Source: Rhina ancylostomus
Taxonomy: Eukaryota
DNA: 64,000 nucleotides
Assembly: GCA_030265395.1 (NCBI GenBank)
Contig: JARFYF010000074.1
Coordinates: 66,214,295 to 66,278,294, forward strand
Direction: 5' to 3'
The notes under the pieces are model-generated. The model had not been told where the DNA came from. It was given only the letters and a program-made list of their open reading frames with translations, and did no database searches. Positions 1 through 12,342 of the stretch are shown piece by piece (position 1 is the stretch's first letter; each line of letters starts with the position of its first letter). The translations under genes and the position numbers were made by a program.

Positions 1-559
1 CCAGGCCCAATTGGGTAAATAATCACAAGTCCTCCATCCCCCACCAACCTTCCCTTCAGCCAGCCTCTGGGAGTTGGGTTGGTTATCAGATAAGGGGCCA
101 CCTTCATTCATGTTGTAACTATACAATTTCATCCAGTAACATAACCACCAGTGCAGTGCCCAATTCCTCAGTAACATAACCACTGCCTGGCTGTACTCAA
201 TGAACAGAATGAAAGGTGAAAGAGTGGGTGGAGCCTAAGGCAATAGTTGTGACATGATTTTAATGGATGGAAATTTAAAGTGACAACACATACTTTAAGA
301 AAAGCAAGATCTGCGTTTCATCAACCCTTTAAATTACACTGTGAAATTTATATTAAATTCCTCTGTTTACTATGTCAGCAGTGATATTAACATGCTTGCC
401 TTAAACAGATTCTTGCCTCTTCAAATATTTGACAGAAAAATTTAATACAAATGGTACACAAATATCGTAATGAATAATTCTCATAGTTTTTTTTCTATTG
501 CACCCCTACCCCTTACTCTGTTAAACATCTTCTCCTTCTTAGGCAGTCCCTCTGAGTTG

Positions 560-1190
560 AGGATGACTCACTTCCACTCCAGTCCTGAGATGCCTGATGA
601 AGGTGATGTGCAACCTGCAGCTTGTCCTACAGATAAGACGGGGGTCATTAATGGGGTGGGCATGTGGGTAGTTTGGGAAGTGGTCTGCTTCTTCTGCTGT
701 GTCTGTGTACTCCCAATAATTAGACTTGAGCTTCTCTTTTTTGAACTGCGCTGGGCTGGGGATGCTCAGGAGCCAATGAGGAATGTTATACTTTTTCAAG
801 GAGGTTTTGAGAACATCCTGTTTCCATCTGGCAATCTCTTCCAGTGACAAAACTCAGAGTAGAATTGCTGCTTTAGGAGGGCAAGTGAGCCATTTGGCTT
901 TCCCAAAGTAGTGTAATTAGTGCCAGGGAGAGGAAGCCGACATTGGTTCACTTATCCCGCCAGTGGATTTCGAGGATTTTCCAAAGTCAGCATTGGTGAT
1001 ATCTCTCCAGTACATTGAACAATTATAAGATTTGTGACCTAAATTACACCAGTAATGGAAACCAACATTAGGGGACAATGTGGGCAGAGTGCTGAAGAAG
1101 AGATTCAGGAAAAGGAGTCAAGAGGAGGATGAGTGGGGTAGGGTTGATATGAGGAGGAGGCAGTGAGCAACGGCCTGAATCCATCTGCAT
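560..1190 (+). mobile_element. Highly decayed Harbinger/PIF (HARBI1-like) nuclease remnant
   Basis: Motif traces in the expected order across frames: LFFELRWAGD (~LNFFASGSFQ..AGD), FGFPKV (~AGFPKVQG), VGRVLKKRFR (~IGVLKQRFR), then an acidic tail. Many stops and frameshifts. Confidence 0.4.
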
Positions 1191-2978
1191 GTGGAAATGT
1201 ACTGTCAATCTTACATGCTTGGTAAAAAATATCTGCTGTATATATTACTGAGATTGACTAGGACAGCTATCATAATTCAAAATGTACTTGAAGAAACATT
1301 TCTAAAATCAACTGCGGTTCTGAAGTATCCAGCTTCTCTCAGCATCCAAACCCAATAAACCAAAGAGGCTTCCGAGCTGACACAATGCAGGGCCACACTT
1401 GCCACGAAACATTAACAACCAATCTGGAGAACATTTCATTTTCAAGTGATTTCATCCTCCAGGAATGTGCCTGGCCAGAATTTAGTTGCCTGGGATGTGC
1501 AGCTAACTGCTAGTACAGAATTTTCTCAAACATTGTCTTTTCATATTGGCTTCCATAGGTGTCAGAACTTGGGTCACCAAATATTTGTAATTATTTAATT
1601 TCTTCTCTCCAATACACTTAGACCACTTAGCAGGACTTCCAATCTTCCCATTCCGTTTTTAATTTTTAGTTTCAATTTTTATTCTTTACTGAAAGTCTGT
1701 CCTTTGTAAGTACTCCCAGATTTCTATTTCCTCCTTGTCCTTAGCTCCATATATCCTTGATACCCTAACGATACAAAAGGCTCAGTCAAATCCTTTGGGT
1801 AAGATTTGGGAGAAGTTCAATTAATTTTTTTCCCCTTTCCCCCATTGCTGGAAAAGTTAAATGCATGCTGAGGTGCTCCACACAGATGGATAGTCTGCCA
1901 ACACTCACTACCTTGACATAGGGGTATAGCTACCAAAAGTCATCTGTGCTTGTGGGCATTTTACAGTAGAGAGATGAAAAGAGCAATATTTTATTATTTG
2001 CTTTCAAACACAGTGCGATGATGAAAATAAACTTCAAATACTTCACCTCATTATTTCTTAATGCTATCATATAAATTAACTTGCATTTATAAAGCACCTT
2101 CAAAACAGAAACAACACTAAGTTCTTCACATCAAACAATATTAAAGGTTTTGAACAGGTCTTTACAACAGGGCTGGCTTTTGCTATTAAACTCCAGGTTG
2201 ACCTGCATTAATTCTCACTTAGTTCTGTATGTGAGAAGCTGTAAGCATTCTGTGAGCACAAACTCTGCAGACTTTATTTTAAAGTTACCAGATTTCATGG
2301 AGCTCTGACGTGATTTAAATTCACTGCTGTGGCTGATAAGGAGGAACAAAAATCCATGCATTTTACACCAATTGCTGGCCTCTTTCATTTACCTTCCCAG
2401 CAAATTGTGCTCTAACTTTGCCATCAACTGAGGGGGTTAACCCTTGTTCAATCAGGAGTAAATCAGAGCCTCCCAGGAATAGCACTGGGCAGGTCTACAA
2501 AACGAGGGTCAACCTGGNNNNNNNNNNNNNNNNNNNNNNNNNNNNNNNNNNNNNNNNNNNNNNNNNNNNNNNNNNNNNNNNNNNNNNNNNNNNNNNNNNN
2601 NNNNNNNNNNNNNNNNNNNNNNNNNNNNNNNNNNNNNNNNNNNNNNNNNNNNNNNNNNNNNNNNNNNNNNNNNNNNNNNNNNNNNNNNNNNNNNNNNNNN
2701 NNNNNNNNNNNNNNNNNNNNNNNNNNNNNNNNNNNNNNNNNNNNNNNNNNNNNNNNNNNNNNNNNNNNNNNNNNNNNNNNNNNNNNNNNNNNNNNNNNNN
2801 NNNNNNNNNNNNNNNNNNNNNNNNNNNNNNNNNNNNNNNNNNNNNNNNNNNNNNNNNNNNNNNNNNNNNNNNNNNNNNNNNNNNNNNNNNNNNNNNNNNN
2901 NNNNNNNNNNNNNNNNNNNNNNNNNNNNNNNNNNNNNNNNNNNNNNNNNNNNNNNNNNNNNNNNNNNNNNNNNNNNNN

Positions 2979-3028
2979 ACAAGGCATTAATGGAGCCAAA
3001 TTGAGGACCAGAACTCAGAACCATGACA
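2979..3028. mobile_element. Solo-LTR family copy 1 (only one end visible; the rest probably lies in the gap 2518-2978)
   Basis: acaaggcattaatggagccaaattgaggaccagaactcagaaccatgaca is nearly identical to the ends of the copies at 17134 and 22243. It ends in TGACA. Confidence 0.8.
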
Positions 3029-3800
3029 TCAAGTCCCAGGACATTTCTACAGAAGTTCCCCCTTAGTGTTCTGGCTCCTACTATTTAACTGCTTTGTCTC
3101 ACCTCTAACAAGGGGATGTTCACTGCTGATTTTCAGAACCCAGATAAAATTGTGGTTCCTGTTCACATAAACCAAGACCTGAGTAAACATTGGAACATGG
3201 CTAGTATATGCAACACTCTAGTACAAAACAATAAGAAAGATGTGAGCTATCTCCCCTTGATATTTAAGAACTTTATTATCTTCACTCTATACCAACAGCA
3301 TCCTGAGATCATTAACCAGATTAATTGAACCAGTCACAACAGCAGCAGGAAAGGTTTAGGTACCCTGAAATGATTGGCCTTCTTACTAAAACCCCAAATC
3401 CTCCCCACCATCTACAAGACACAGATCAGGTGTATGATGAAATATTCTCCACTTGCCTGGACAAGCGCAGCTCTAACAATACTCAAGAAGCTCAACATCA
3501 TCCAGGACAAAACAGTTTGCTTGGATAGCATCCCGTCCATCATCCTAAACACTCATGGCACCTTCAAGACTGCCAATCTTTGCTGCATTAAAGGACAAGG
3601 GCATGAGGTAAACAGGAACAGCACCACCTTTAAGATTCCCTAATCATCATACACCATTCTGAGAATGGAACTGCTGCTTTATTTGCTCAAAAGTCAGGAA
3701 GTTAATCTGACAGAACTTCACACCATGAACTACAGTTATTCAAGATGGTGGCTCATCACTTCCTCTAAGGCAACTCGGGAGGGGCAATAAATGGGGCACA
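3029..3800 (+). mobile_element. CR1/L2-group LINE 3' fragment (second family), decayed
   Basis: RT C-terminal trace IYKTQIRCMMKYSPLAWTSAALTILKKLNIIQDK and 3' tail ...ctaaggcaactcgggaggggcaataaatg. The same family recurs at about 21480-21890 and 36560-36990. Confidence 0.7.
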
Positions 3801-5252
3801 CAGTTGGTGATGCGAGTTTCAGGTTTTTGCTGCTGCCTGTGTGAGTCAAGTTCTCCTGTATTTAGTCCTGAATGCCCTTGCTCTACTTTAATGATCACAA
3901 CCCCTTTGGAAACACTCACCAGACGAAACAGTTTCTCTTCATCCATCCTATTGAATCCTTCAATCATTTTAAGTGGATTGATCAGATCATTCCAACCTTT
4001 TTAAACCAAGAACGACAAAACAGGTTCATGAAACCTATTTCTATACTTTAACCCTTTGTCATTCTGTAGAATCTGCACTACCTTCCCACCAAGGTCAGTG
4101 TAACCTTCCTAAAATGCAATGCCCAAAATTGAACACGATGCTTCAAATCACAGCTATTTCACACCAGCTTGGGGTATCAATTATTGCAATTTAGACCATG
4201 TCAGAATTGCAATTGAAAGGTCATTACCCTTTATCTGTTCATCTTGGAACATCAATTCTTCTCACAGCTTATATCAAAGTTGCAATTTATCCTTTCTTGA
4301 CATTCTTAACTTGTCTGCTGCCTCTGCCATGGCTGAACATTTCATTGTCATCCAATGTCATCCAGCTGAATGTGACTGATTTTGCCCAAATTTCATTTTC
4401 CTCCATGAAGTCATCATCAACAGTGGCTGGTCTTCTAGTGCCTATACCGCTACCTCTATTATCCCACAAGGGCCCACACTTGATCTCTTATCTTTTTTTT
4501 AGCCATGTTCTGCTTCTCAACAGCATTATTTGAAAGCACAACATCACTTTCCATGTGTACGGTGGCAATATTGTGCTCAACCTCACCACTTACTTTCTTA
4601 ACCCTTTTATTGTCAGTCTATTTGATAGAATGAGCAGAAATTTCCTCCAACTAAACAATGAAAAGACCAAAGCCATTGTATTAAGTTCTCTTTACATATT
4701 CTGTTCCTCATCATCAATTCTACTTCTTGCTCTGGCAGTTGTCTGAAATCATATGACAAGCTGGGGTAGATAAATGGCCAGAGTCCATCATTGGTAATCC
4801 AAAATTTGCAGTAATAGGATGAGGTTGTAAATCAATACTCAATACAGCTGAAATAATATCAAAACTGTCTCTTCAATATTTTTTCAAAAGAGGACAGGAC
4901 CAAAACATATGTGTCAGGGAAGCCACCCCCGAATTACATCTGTCAAGATGATAAGGATGAACTGCAATGATCAGTCATCCACTCCATTTTTGCTGCATAC
5001 TAGGGTGGTAAAAAGTGAACTAGAAAAAACTTGAACTTTTTTCATCTCGTCCTATGAGTGCCATTCCCAGAAAAATAGGTACACTCTCCTTGGATGTCTC
5101 CAGGAAGATGGAAGAAGTTACCTGTTTGTGCATTCTATTTACTTCACTGAAGCTGTTCACAACTTTATTATATGGAGACTACATAACCACTCCATCATCG
5201 GGTTCACTTTCTTCCAAGTGTTGTCACCTAAACCAGCCATGACCTTAATTCA

Positions 5253-5392
5253 GACAGAGACACAAGAGACTGCAGATGCTGGAATCTGGAGCAACAAACA
5301 ATCTGCTGGAGGAACCCAGTGGGTCGAGCAGCATCTGTGGGAGGAAAGGAATCGTTGACGTTTCAGGTTGAAACCCTGCATCAGGACTGAAC
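5253..5392 (-). mobile_element. Penelope-derived short 3'-terminal element with a degenerate hammerhead core
   Basis: Minus strand reads cagtcCTGATGCAgggtttcaacctGAAACGTC. It is flanked by a 13-bp TSD tgacc(t/c)-type repeat (tgaccttaattca 5240-5252; tgacctcaattca 5393-5405, 1 mismatch). Homologous to the 3' end of the GIY-YIG fragment at 62430. Confidence 0.75.
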
Positions 5393-5492
5393 TGACCTCA
5401 ATTCATCTGTTGGTAATACTCTCGTAATTCATGTCGTTGAAGGCTTCATATTTCACTATTTCAATCTCATATCTTCCTACATAAAGAAGAGC

Positions 5493-5961
5493 TCATCCAA
5501 AACACTACTGCTTGAATCTTTATTTGAACAAAGCCTCATTTCAATCATCACCTCTGTACTTCCTCACCTTCACTGCTCCTCAATTCCTCAATACTGCAGT
5601 TTTCAAATCCTTTGCTCCTCCATATTTACTTACTTTCTTCAGGACCTACAAAGATCTGTGTGCTCCTCCAACATTCCTGACCTTACTGACTCCTCCATTG
5701 GTGCATTTTCAGTCAAATAATCCCTGCACTAGAATTCCTTCCCTAAACCGATCAGCTTTCTAGCTCTCTCTCATTCGAAGACACTCCTTAAAAACTACCT
5801 CTTCAACCAGGATTTTGGTCATCTATTCTCTTGTCTCTAACTGTCAAAATTTGTATCATAACAATTCTGCAAAGCATCTTTAATCATCCAAAAGGCTACT
5901 GCTTGAATCTTTATTTGAACAAAGCCTCACTTCAACACTCACCTCTGTACTCCCTCACCTT
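5493..5961 (+). repeat. ~78-bp direct duplication (5493-5570 and 5884-5961) abutting the CR1 5' end
   Basis: tcatccaaaa..ctactgcttgaatctttatttgaacaaagcctca..cacctctgtact.cctcacctt occurs twice with a few mismatches. Confidence 0.9.
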
Positions 5962-8900
5962 TAAACTAAATAGGAGGGGGGTGGGTTCAACAGACTGGAA
6001 AAGTATGGATAAAATAAAAGGGAAGGAGAGTGCAAGAGAGGTTACTGACATCTCTAGAATAAAGAATAAAACAAAGTTTAGAAAGGGACAAGAATTTAAC
6101 TTCAGGCAACATGGAGGCAAATTTGAGAAGAAGGGTGGTGAATACAGGACTGAAGTTGTTATATTTGAATTCATGCAGTATACAAAATAAGGTAGATGAG
6201 CTCATAGCACAGTTAGAAATTGGCAGGTATGATGTTGTGGGTATCGCAGAGCCATGGTTGAAAGAAGATCACAGCTGGGAGCTAAACATCCAAGCATACA
6301 CATCCTGTCAAAAAGATAGGCAGGTGGGCAGAGGGGGTGGGATGGCTCCATTGGTAAAAAATGAAATCAAATTCTCAGCAAGAAGTGACATAGGATCAGA
6401 GGACATAGAATCCTTGTGGGTAGAGTTAAGAAACTACAAGGGTAAAAAGATCCTGATAAGAATTACATAGACGCCTCCGAATAGTAGCCAGGATGTAGGA
6501 TACAAGTTACAACAGGAGATAGAAAAGGCATATAAAAAAGGTCATGGGGATTTCAATATGCAGGTAGACTGGGAAAATCAGGTTGGCACTGGATCCCAAG
6601 AGAAGGAATTTGTAGAATGCCTACGAGATGGCTTTTTAGGACAGCTTGTGGTTGACCCCACTAGGGAAAAGGCAATTCTGGATTTGGTGTTGTGCAATGA
6701 ACCAGATTTGATTAAGGAGTTTAAGGTAAAGGAACCCTTAGGAGGCAGTGATCATAATATGATGACATTCACCCTGCAGTTTGAGAGGGAGAAGCTGAAA
6801 TCAGATGTATCGGTATTACAGTTGAGAAAAGGTAACTATAGAGGCATGGAAGAGGAGCTGGCCAAAGTTGATTGGAAGGGGACTCTAACAGGGATGAAGG
6901 TAGAGCAGCAATGGCAGGAGTTTCTGGGAGTAATTCAGAATTCAGCAGGATCAATTAATCCCAAAGAAGCAGCATTCTAAAGGGAGGATGAGGCAACCAT
7001 GGCTGACAAGGGAAATCCAAGACAGCATAAAAGCAAAAGAGAGGGCATACAATATTGAAAAAATTAATGGAAAACTAGAGGATTGGGAAGCTTTTAAAAG
7101 CCAACAGAAGGCAAGTAAAAAAAGCAATAACAGGAGAAAAGAAGAAATATGAAGGTAAGTGGCCAATAATATAAAAGAAGATACCAGAAGTTTTTTCAGA
7201 TATATAACGAGTAAAAGAGAGGCAAGAGTGGACATCAGACCACTGGAAAATGATGCTGGAGAGGTAGTAATGGGGAAACAAAGAAATGGCAGATGAACTG
7301 AATAAGTATTGTGTGTTAGTCTTCACTGTGGAAGGCACCAGCAACATGCCAGAAATGTGAGAGAGTAAGGGGCTGAAGTGAGTGCAGTCGCTATTACTAA
7401 GGAGAAGGTGCTTNNNNNNNNNNTCACCTGGACCGGATGAACTACACCCCAGGATTCTGAAGGAGGTAGCTGAAGAGATGGTGGAGGCATTAGTAGTGAT
7501 CTTTCAAGAATCACTAGAGTCAGGAATGGTTCTGGAGGACTGGAAAATCACAAACGTCATTCCACTCTTTAAGAACAGAAGGAGGCAAAAGGCAGGAAAT
7601 TATAGGCCAGTTAGCCTGACTTCAGTGGTTGGTAAGATGTTAGAGTCCATTATTAAGAATGAGGTTTCAGGGTACTTGGAAGCTCATGATNNNNNNNNNN
7701 NNNNNNNNNNNNNNNNNNNNNAGGGGAGATCATGCCTGACAAATCTGTTGGAATTTTTTGAGGAAGTAACAGGTAGGATAGACAAAGGAGAGTCAGTGGA
7801 GGTCGTTCACTTGGATTTTCAGAAGGCCTTTGATAAGGTGCCACACGAGGCTGCTAAACAAGATAGGAGTCCATGGTATTACAGGAAAGGTACTGGCATG
7901 GATTGAAGATTGGCTGACTGGCAGAGGCAAAGAGTGGGAATAAAGGGGGCCTTTTCTGGTTGACTACTGGTGACTTCTGGTGTTCTGTAGGGGTTGGTGT
8001 TGGTCTGCTACTTTTCACATTAGATGTTAATGATCTGGGTGACAGAATTGATGGCTTTGTGGCCAAGTTTGCAGACGATACAGAGATAGGTGGAGGGGCA
8101 GGTAGTGTTGAGGAAGCAAGAAGTCTGCAGAAGGACTTGGTCAGGTTGCGAGATTGGGCAAAGAAGTGGCAGATGGAATACAGCATAGAGAAGTGTATGG
8201 TCATGCACTTTGGTGGAAGGAATAAAGGCATAGACTACTTTCTAAATGGGGAGAAAATTCAGAAATCAGAGGAGCAAAGGGACTTGGGAGTCCTAATGTG
8301 GGATTCCCTAAAAGTTAACTTGCAGGCTGAGTTGGTAGTAAATGCAACGTTAGCATTCATTTCGAGAGGACTCAAGTATAAAAGCAAGGGTGTAACGCTG
8401 ATACTTTATAAGGCATTGGTCAGACTACATTTGGAGTATCATATGCAGTTTTGGGCCACATATCAAAGGAAAGATGTGCTGGCGTTAGAGAGGGTCCAGA
8501 GGAGGTTTACAAGAATGATCCTGGGAATGAAAAGGTTACCATGTGAGGAGCATTTGATGGCTCTGGGCCTGTACTCGCTGGAGTTTAATAGGATGAGGGG
8601 GGATCTCATTGAAACCGACTGAATATTTAAAGGCCTGCACGGAATGGACGTGGAGAGGATGTTTCCATTAGTAGAAGAGTCTAGGCTCTGAGGGCACAGC
8701 CTCAGAATAGGAGGATGTCCCTTTAGAACAGAGATGAAGAGGAATTTCTTTAGCCAGAAGGTGGTGAATCTGTGGAATTCATTGCCACACACAGCTGCTG
8801 GAGGCCAAGTCAATGGGTATACTGTATTTAAAGCGGAAGTTAATAGGTTCTTGATTAGTAAGGGCGTCAAACGTTATGGGGAGAAGGCAGGAGAATGGGG

Positions 8901-8983
8901 TTGAGAGGGAAAAATAAATCAGCCATAAGTCGAATGGTGGAGCAGACTCAATGGCCTAATTCTGCTCCTATGTCTTATGATCT
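5962..8983 (+). mobile_element. CR1 LINE, 5'-truncated, near-complete ORF2 (AP endonuclease + reverse transcriptase), disrupted by stops and frameshifts
   Basis: LYLNSCSIQNKVDEL, YDVVGIAEPWL, AILDLVLCNE, LGGSDHN (APE); SPGPDELHPRILKE, NYRPVSLTSVVGK, GRSCLTNLLEFFEEVT, LDFQKAFDKVPH, KFADDT, LERVQRRFTRMI (RT); CR1 3' tail aattctgctcctatgtcttatg. Confidence 0.97.
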
Positions 8984-9539
8984 TGTGGGTTTATCTATTA
9001 ATTACGTTAAAGGATTTATATCAGTACAAGACTTTTTCTTTGACACTGGTATAGAGCTTCTTTTGTTAGGTCAGCCATGATAGGTCTCATGCCTGTTGTG
9101 TTAGAAAGTTGCGAAATTTAAGACCCCATACAAAAACTCAGTGCTGCACTATCTAAGGATGTTGCACTGAGGCTGTCTGCCCGATTAGGTGGATGTAAAA
9201 TCCCATGACATTTTTTTGTGAAAGAACCAAGAGTTTTTCCAGATCTTCTGTTTGTGTAAGCTTTCTGGGTACAAGTTGACAATTGTGTTCTCTAACTTAC
9301 AATAGTGGCTCCACTTCTAGGATTCAGACAGCATGGAAATGCTACACAAACACAAACTGTTGTATACGGTATGTAAATGAGTCATATGTGCAAGTGATTA
9401 TACCAGTATATGTGTAACATTAGCACATGTCGTAGTTGTTGTTAGTCTGGAATGAAGTGCACACACATGTCCTAACGGTCCGTGTGTACAAGAGATTATT
9501 ATGGATAGCAGTTACAAGTATTTCTAAGACTGGTTAACA

Positions 9540-10290
9540 GAGTACCTCCAAATACATTAACAAGTTCGTGCTTTGTCTTTCATTGAAAGTAATGTTTGCA
9601 TTTTTCCATCAAAGACAAATTATATGGACTTTCTTGAGCTGAACAGAATGTCTCTGGATGAAATCTCTGTGGTCCTTGATGTGAGGTGCAATACAAAAGA
9701 CTTAATTATTTCAGAGATTATATGGCTTGGCAAGGCAGTGTGTGTGCGCTTGCTATTACTGCCGGCCAATTCAGCAGCAACACGTCAGAAGGAGAATTAA
9801 TCATGGTACAAGTTAACAAACATAAACTAAGAGTTTATCTTGTGCAGAATTTTTTTTTCCACAAGCTATGAATTGTATTACAAGAGCCAGTATCTGGATA
9901 GCTTCCAAGATTGCATAAACAGGTGCAGACATTGCATGTAAACAGTGGCAAGAGTCCATACATAGTGATATTCTCTGGAACAATTTAACTGGAGTCTTCC
10001 AAGGTCTCTGGGCGGATGTTTCCAACAGGTCCAGAAAGCTGGAGCAAGAACAACTGATCCCAGCTGGATAAAATTGAATCCTTTATTCCGTTGTTCCAAT
10101 CTGCCAGTCAATTTACCACTGCAGTTATAATTTAGGCTTTCTATTATATTACTTCTGCTATCCCTAATCTAGATGTCCAAGATTAACAAATTCTCCTGAA
10201 ATATTGTACAATGTCCAATGATATTGCTCTGTGATGTTCCAAGTTCTGTGATCTTCTTTGAGCAGTACATCATCAAATTGAAAATAAAGT
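9540..10290 (-). mobile_element. Very decayed Gypsy integrase remnant
   Basis: Minus-strand traces in integrase order: DDVLLK, QRPWKTPVKLFQRI (~HPWEWPTKPWQRIH), GPQRF (~DNGPQF). Confidence 0.45.
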
Positions 10291-10379
10291 ATATTTATTT
10301 GTTAAAAAAAAGGCAAGGAGCATTAGAAGCATTCTGCGGCATCAGTTTCAACTTGCTGCTATGTAATGCTTTTAATGTT

Positions 10380-11080
10380 AGAAGGTTCCCATGATGCCAC
10401 AGCAGCACAGCCAAGCAAAGAATTGGCACTAAACTAAAGACAGAGGCACTGGAGATTAGTAAAAGCATGGTCAAAGAGGTAGGTTTTTCGAAGCATTTTA
10501 TAGGACAAGAGAAAGAAGTGGAGAGTGTTAACTTAAAGCCTAGAAGGCTGGTGGCAGTATTGCTAACAGTAGGTTACTGGGGGGGGGGGGGGTGGGGGGA
10601 GGGGTGGGAAACAGTGGGAATCAAAAAAGTGACTAGATGTGAAGGAATGGAGTGCTCTCAGAGGAATATTGCCATGTAGAAAGGCTACAACGACTGAAAG
10701 GCCATTGAAGGGTCAGAACACAGTATAAGATTTTGCCAAATCAAAGTGATCATGGGTTCGAGATAATATAGGGCAGTTAGTGAGTACAGGATTGACAGGT
10801 GAATGGGACTTAGTGTGTGTTAGGGGACATTCAGATGACAGTTGGATGAACTCATGCATCTGTAGGGTGGAATGGCAGTCAGAAGAGCATTAGAAAGTTA
10901 AATCTATAGATAACGAAAGTAGAGGTGAATGCTTCAACTGCAGATAAGCTGATTCAGTGATGGAGACCTATAATATTTCTAAAGTGGAAACAGGGAGTCC
11001 TGATATTATATGGTGTTATAAGATAGAAGCAGAGCTCAGAACAAACAGAATGCTGAAGACTTTCAAGTGATTCAGTGGTC
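10380..11080 (-). mobile_element. Old L2 LINE 3' fragment
   Basis: Resembles the reverse of the L2-like 3' region at about 5570-5880 (aaaagcatggtcaaagaggtaggtttt..aagcattt), and similar segments at about 33800-34330 and 61760-62270. Confidence 0.55.
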
Positions 11081-11644
11081 TGGAATTCTTATAGCGCAGT
11101 AGTTTGAGAATTTAAATTCTAGTAAATGTAACTCAGGGAATAAAGCAGTAAAAGTGATATCACACTGTCAGATTAATGCAAAATTTGGAGACAGTTAACC
11201 AAAGAATTTCAGGGGTGGAAATTGCTCTCATTAGCCATTCTGATTAGCTGTTGCTCCAGTACCACACCACCAGGGTACATTCTTAACTGTTCTCTAAGCT
11301 GATCCAGCAAAGTCAATCACATAAAATCAGTTCATGAGAAATAGCAATGGGCATTTATCACTGTATACCTTATCCAAGCAGGAGAGTAGCTTAAATTTCT
11401 CATTGGTATGGCTGTATTCACTTCCTACTGTACTTTATCCGGTTGCACCAAACACTTCAGCACTTTCTTATTAGTAGGCCATATTGACCTGTACTGACCT
11501 AATTTCACCCCTGACCTCTGCATAAAAAAGGATGCTCATTTGTGGCATCACAAATGTGAGCTCCAATACATTCTAGGTTAATTTTACTCATATTAATAAC
11601 AGCCAGCAGTCCAACAACCATCTTCTACTGGTCTAAACGTTAGA

Positions 11645-12020
11645 GTGGGCTATGGCTCAGTAGCATTCTCCTTGTTGCAATGAGTCTGTAGATTTTTGCA
11701 TTCTATGTCCACTTCAGAGAACCGAGCATGAAATCCAGGCCAACACTCCAGAGTGTGGGAGCACTTCAGTTTTGGAGGTGCTGTCTTTTAGATGAAACAT
11801 CAATTCAAAGCCACTTTCTCAGATGGATAGATCCCATGGTGTCATTTCAAAGAGGAATAGAGGAGTTTCCCTTGTATCCTGGCTGATATTTGTCCTTCCA
11901 CCAATATGACCAAAACAGATTATCTGGTAATTATTTCATTTCAGTTTGTGGGGTCTTGCTGTGTTCCTGGGTTTACCACTTAACAAAAACATCCTGCAAA
12001 AATATTTAATTATCTGTAAA
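11645..12020 (+). mobile_element. tRNA-derived Deu-type SINE (SacSINE/AmnSINE-like), diverged
   Basis: tRNA-like head (gctcagtag...gagtc...ttc.a.gtcc), then ggaggtgctgtcttt..gatga, gatcccatgg, gagtttccc..gtcctggc..atatt. Homologous pieces recur throughout the window. Confidence 0.65.
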
Positions 12021-12278
12021 GTTTTATATAAGTGTCAGTTTTCTTTCCTTCTGCACTGTGCACAGGACTGAAGGGGTCTGCTTTGGTTAATAAAACAGGT
12101 TCTGTGATCGTGCCTTGCCTCCAATCTCAAGTGTATGTAGAAATGATCACAGCCTTCAGGAATGTGGCCCCTTACTGGACTCAATTAGATTTTAAACAAG
12201 CTGATTTATTACCGACTAGGGCAAACTGATCCACTGTTGCAAAACATTCTAAATAGGAGAGAAAATCACAGATTCATT

Positions 12279-12342
12279 TCAGAATAAAAATTTGCTGCTG
12301 TTTAATTTTCCATGGTAATCAACAAAGTCATCAGGTTTAAAT
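12279..12342 (-). CDS. Candidate terminal coding exon (xFKPDDFVDYHGKLNSSKFLF*), unknown protein
   Basis: Acceptor tgcttatttcag|, open frame to TGA, AATAAA on the minus strand at 12205-12210, and it lies in non-repeat sequence. No homology recognised. Confidence 0.35.

Noticed and set aside
539-850. 103-aa minus-strand ORF that looks protein-like
   Set aside because: No recognisable domain or splice context. It is better explained as the antisense shadow of a decayed Harbinger nuclease on the plus strand.
2418-3024. Long ORFs spanning N runs (also 25973-26546, 50926-51321, 51926-52550)
   Set aside because: They are open only because the gaps translate as X.
9358-9516. TGT...ACA-bounded segment next to the Gypsy remnant, as a possible LTR
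   Set aside because: No polypurine tract, no second copy and no TSD.
10579-10608. G-run with G-quadruplex potential
   Set aside because: A homopolymer expansion inside an old L2 fragment, with no evidence of function.
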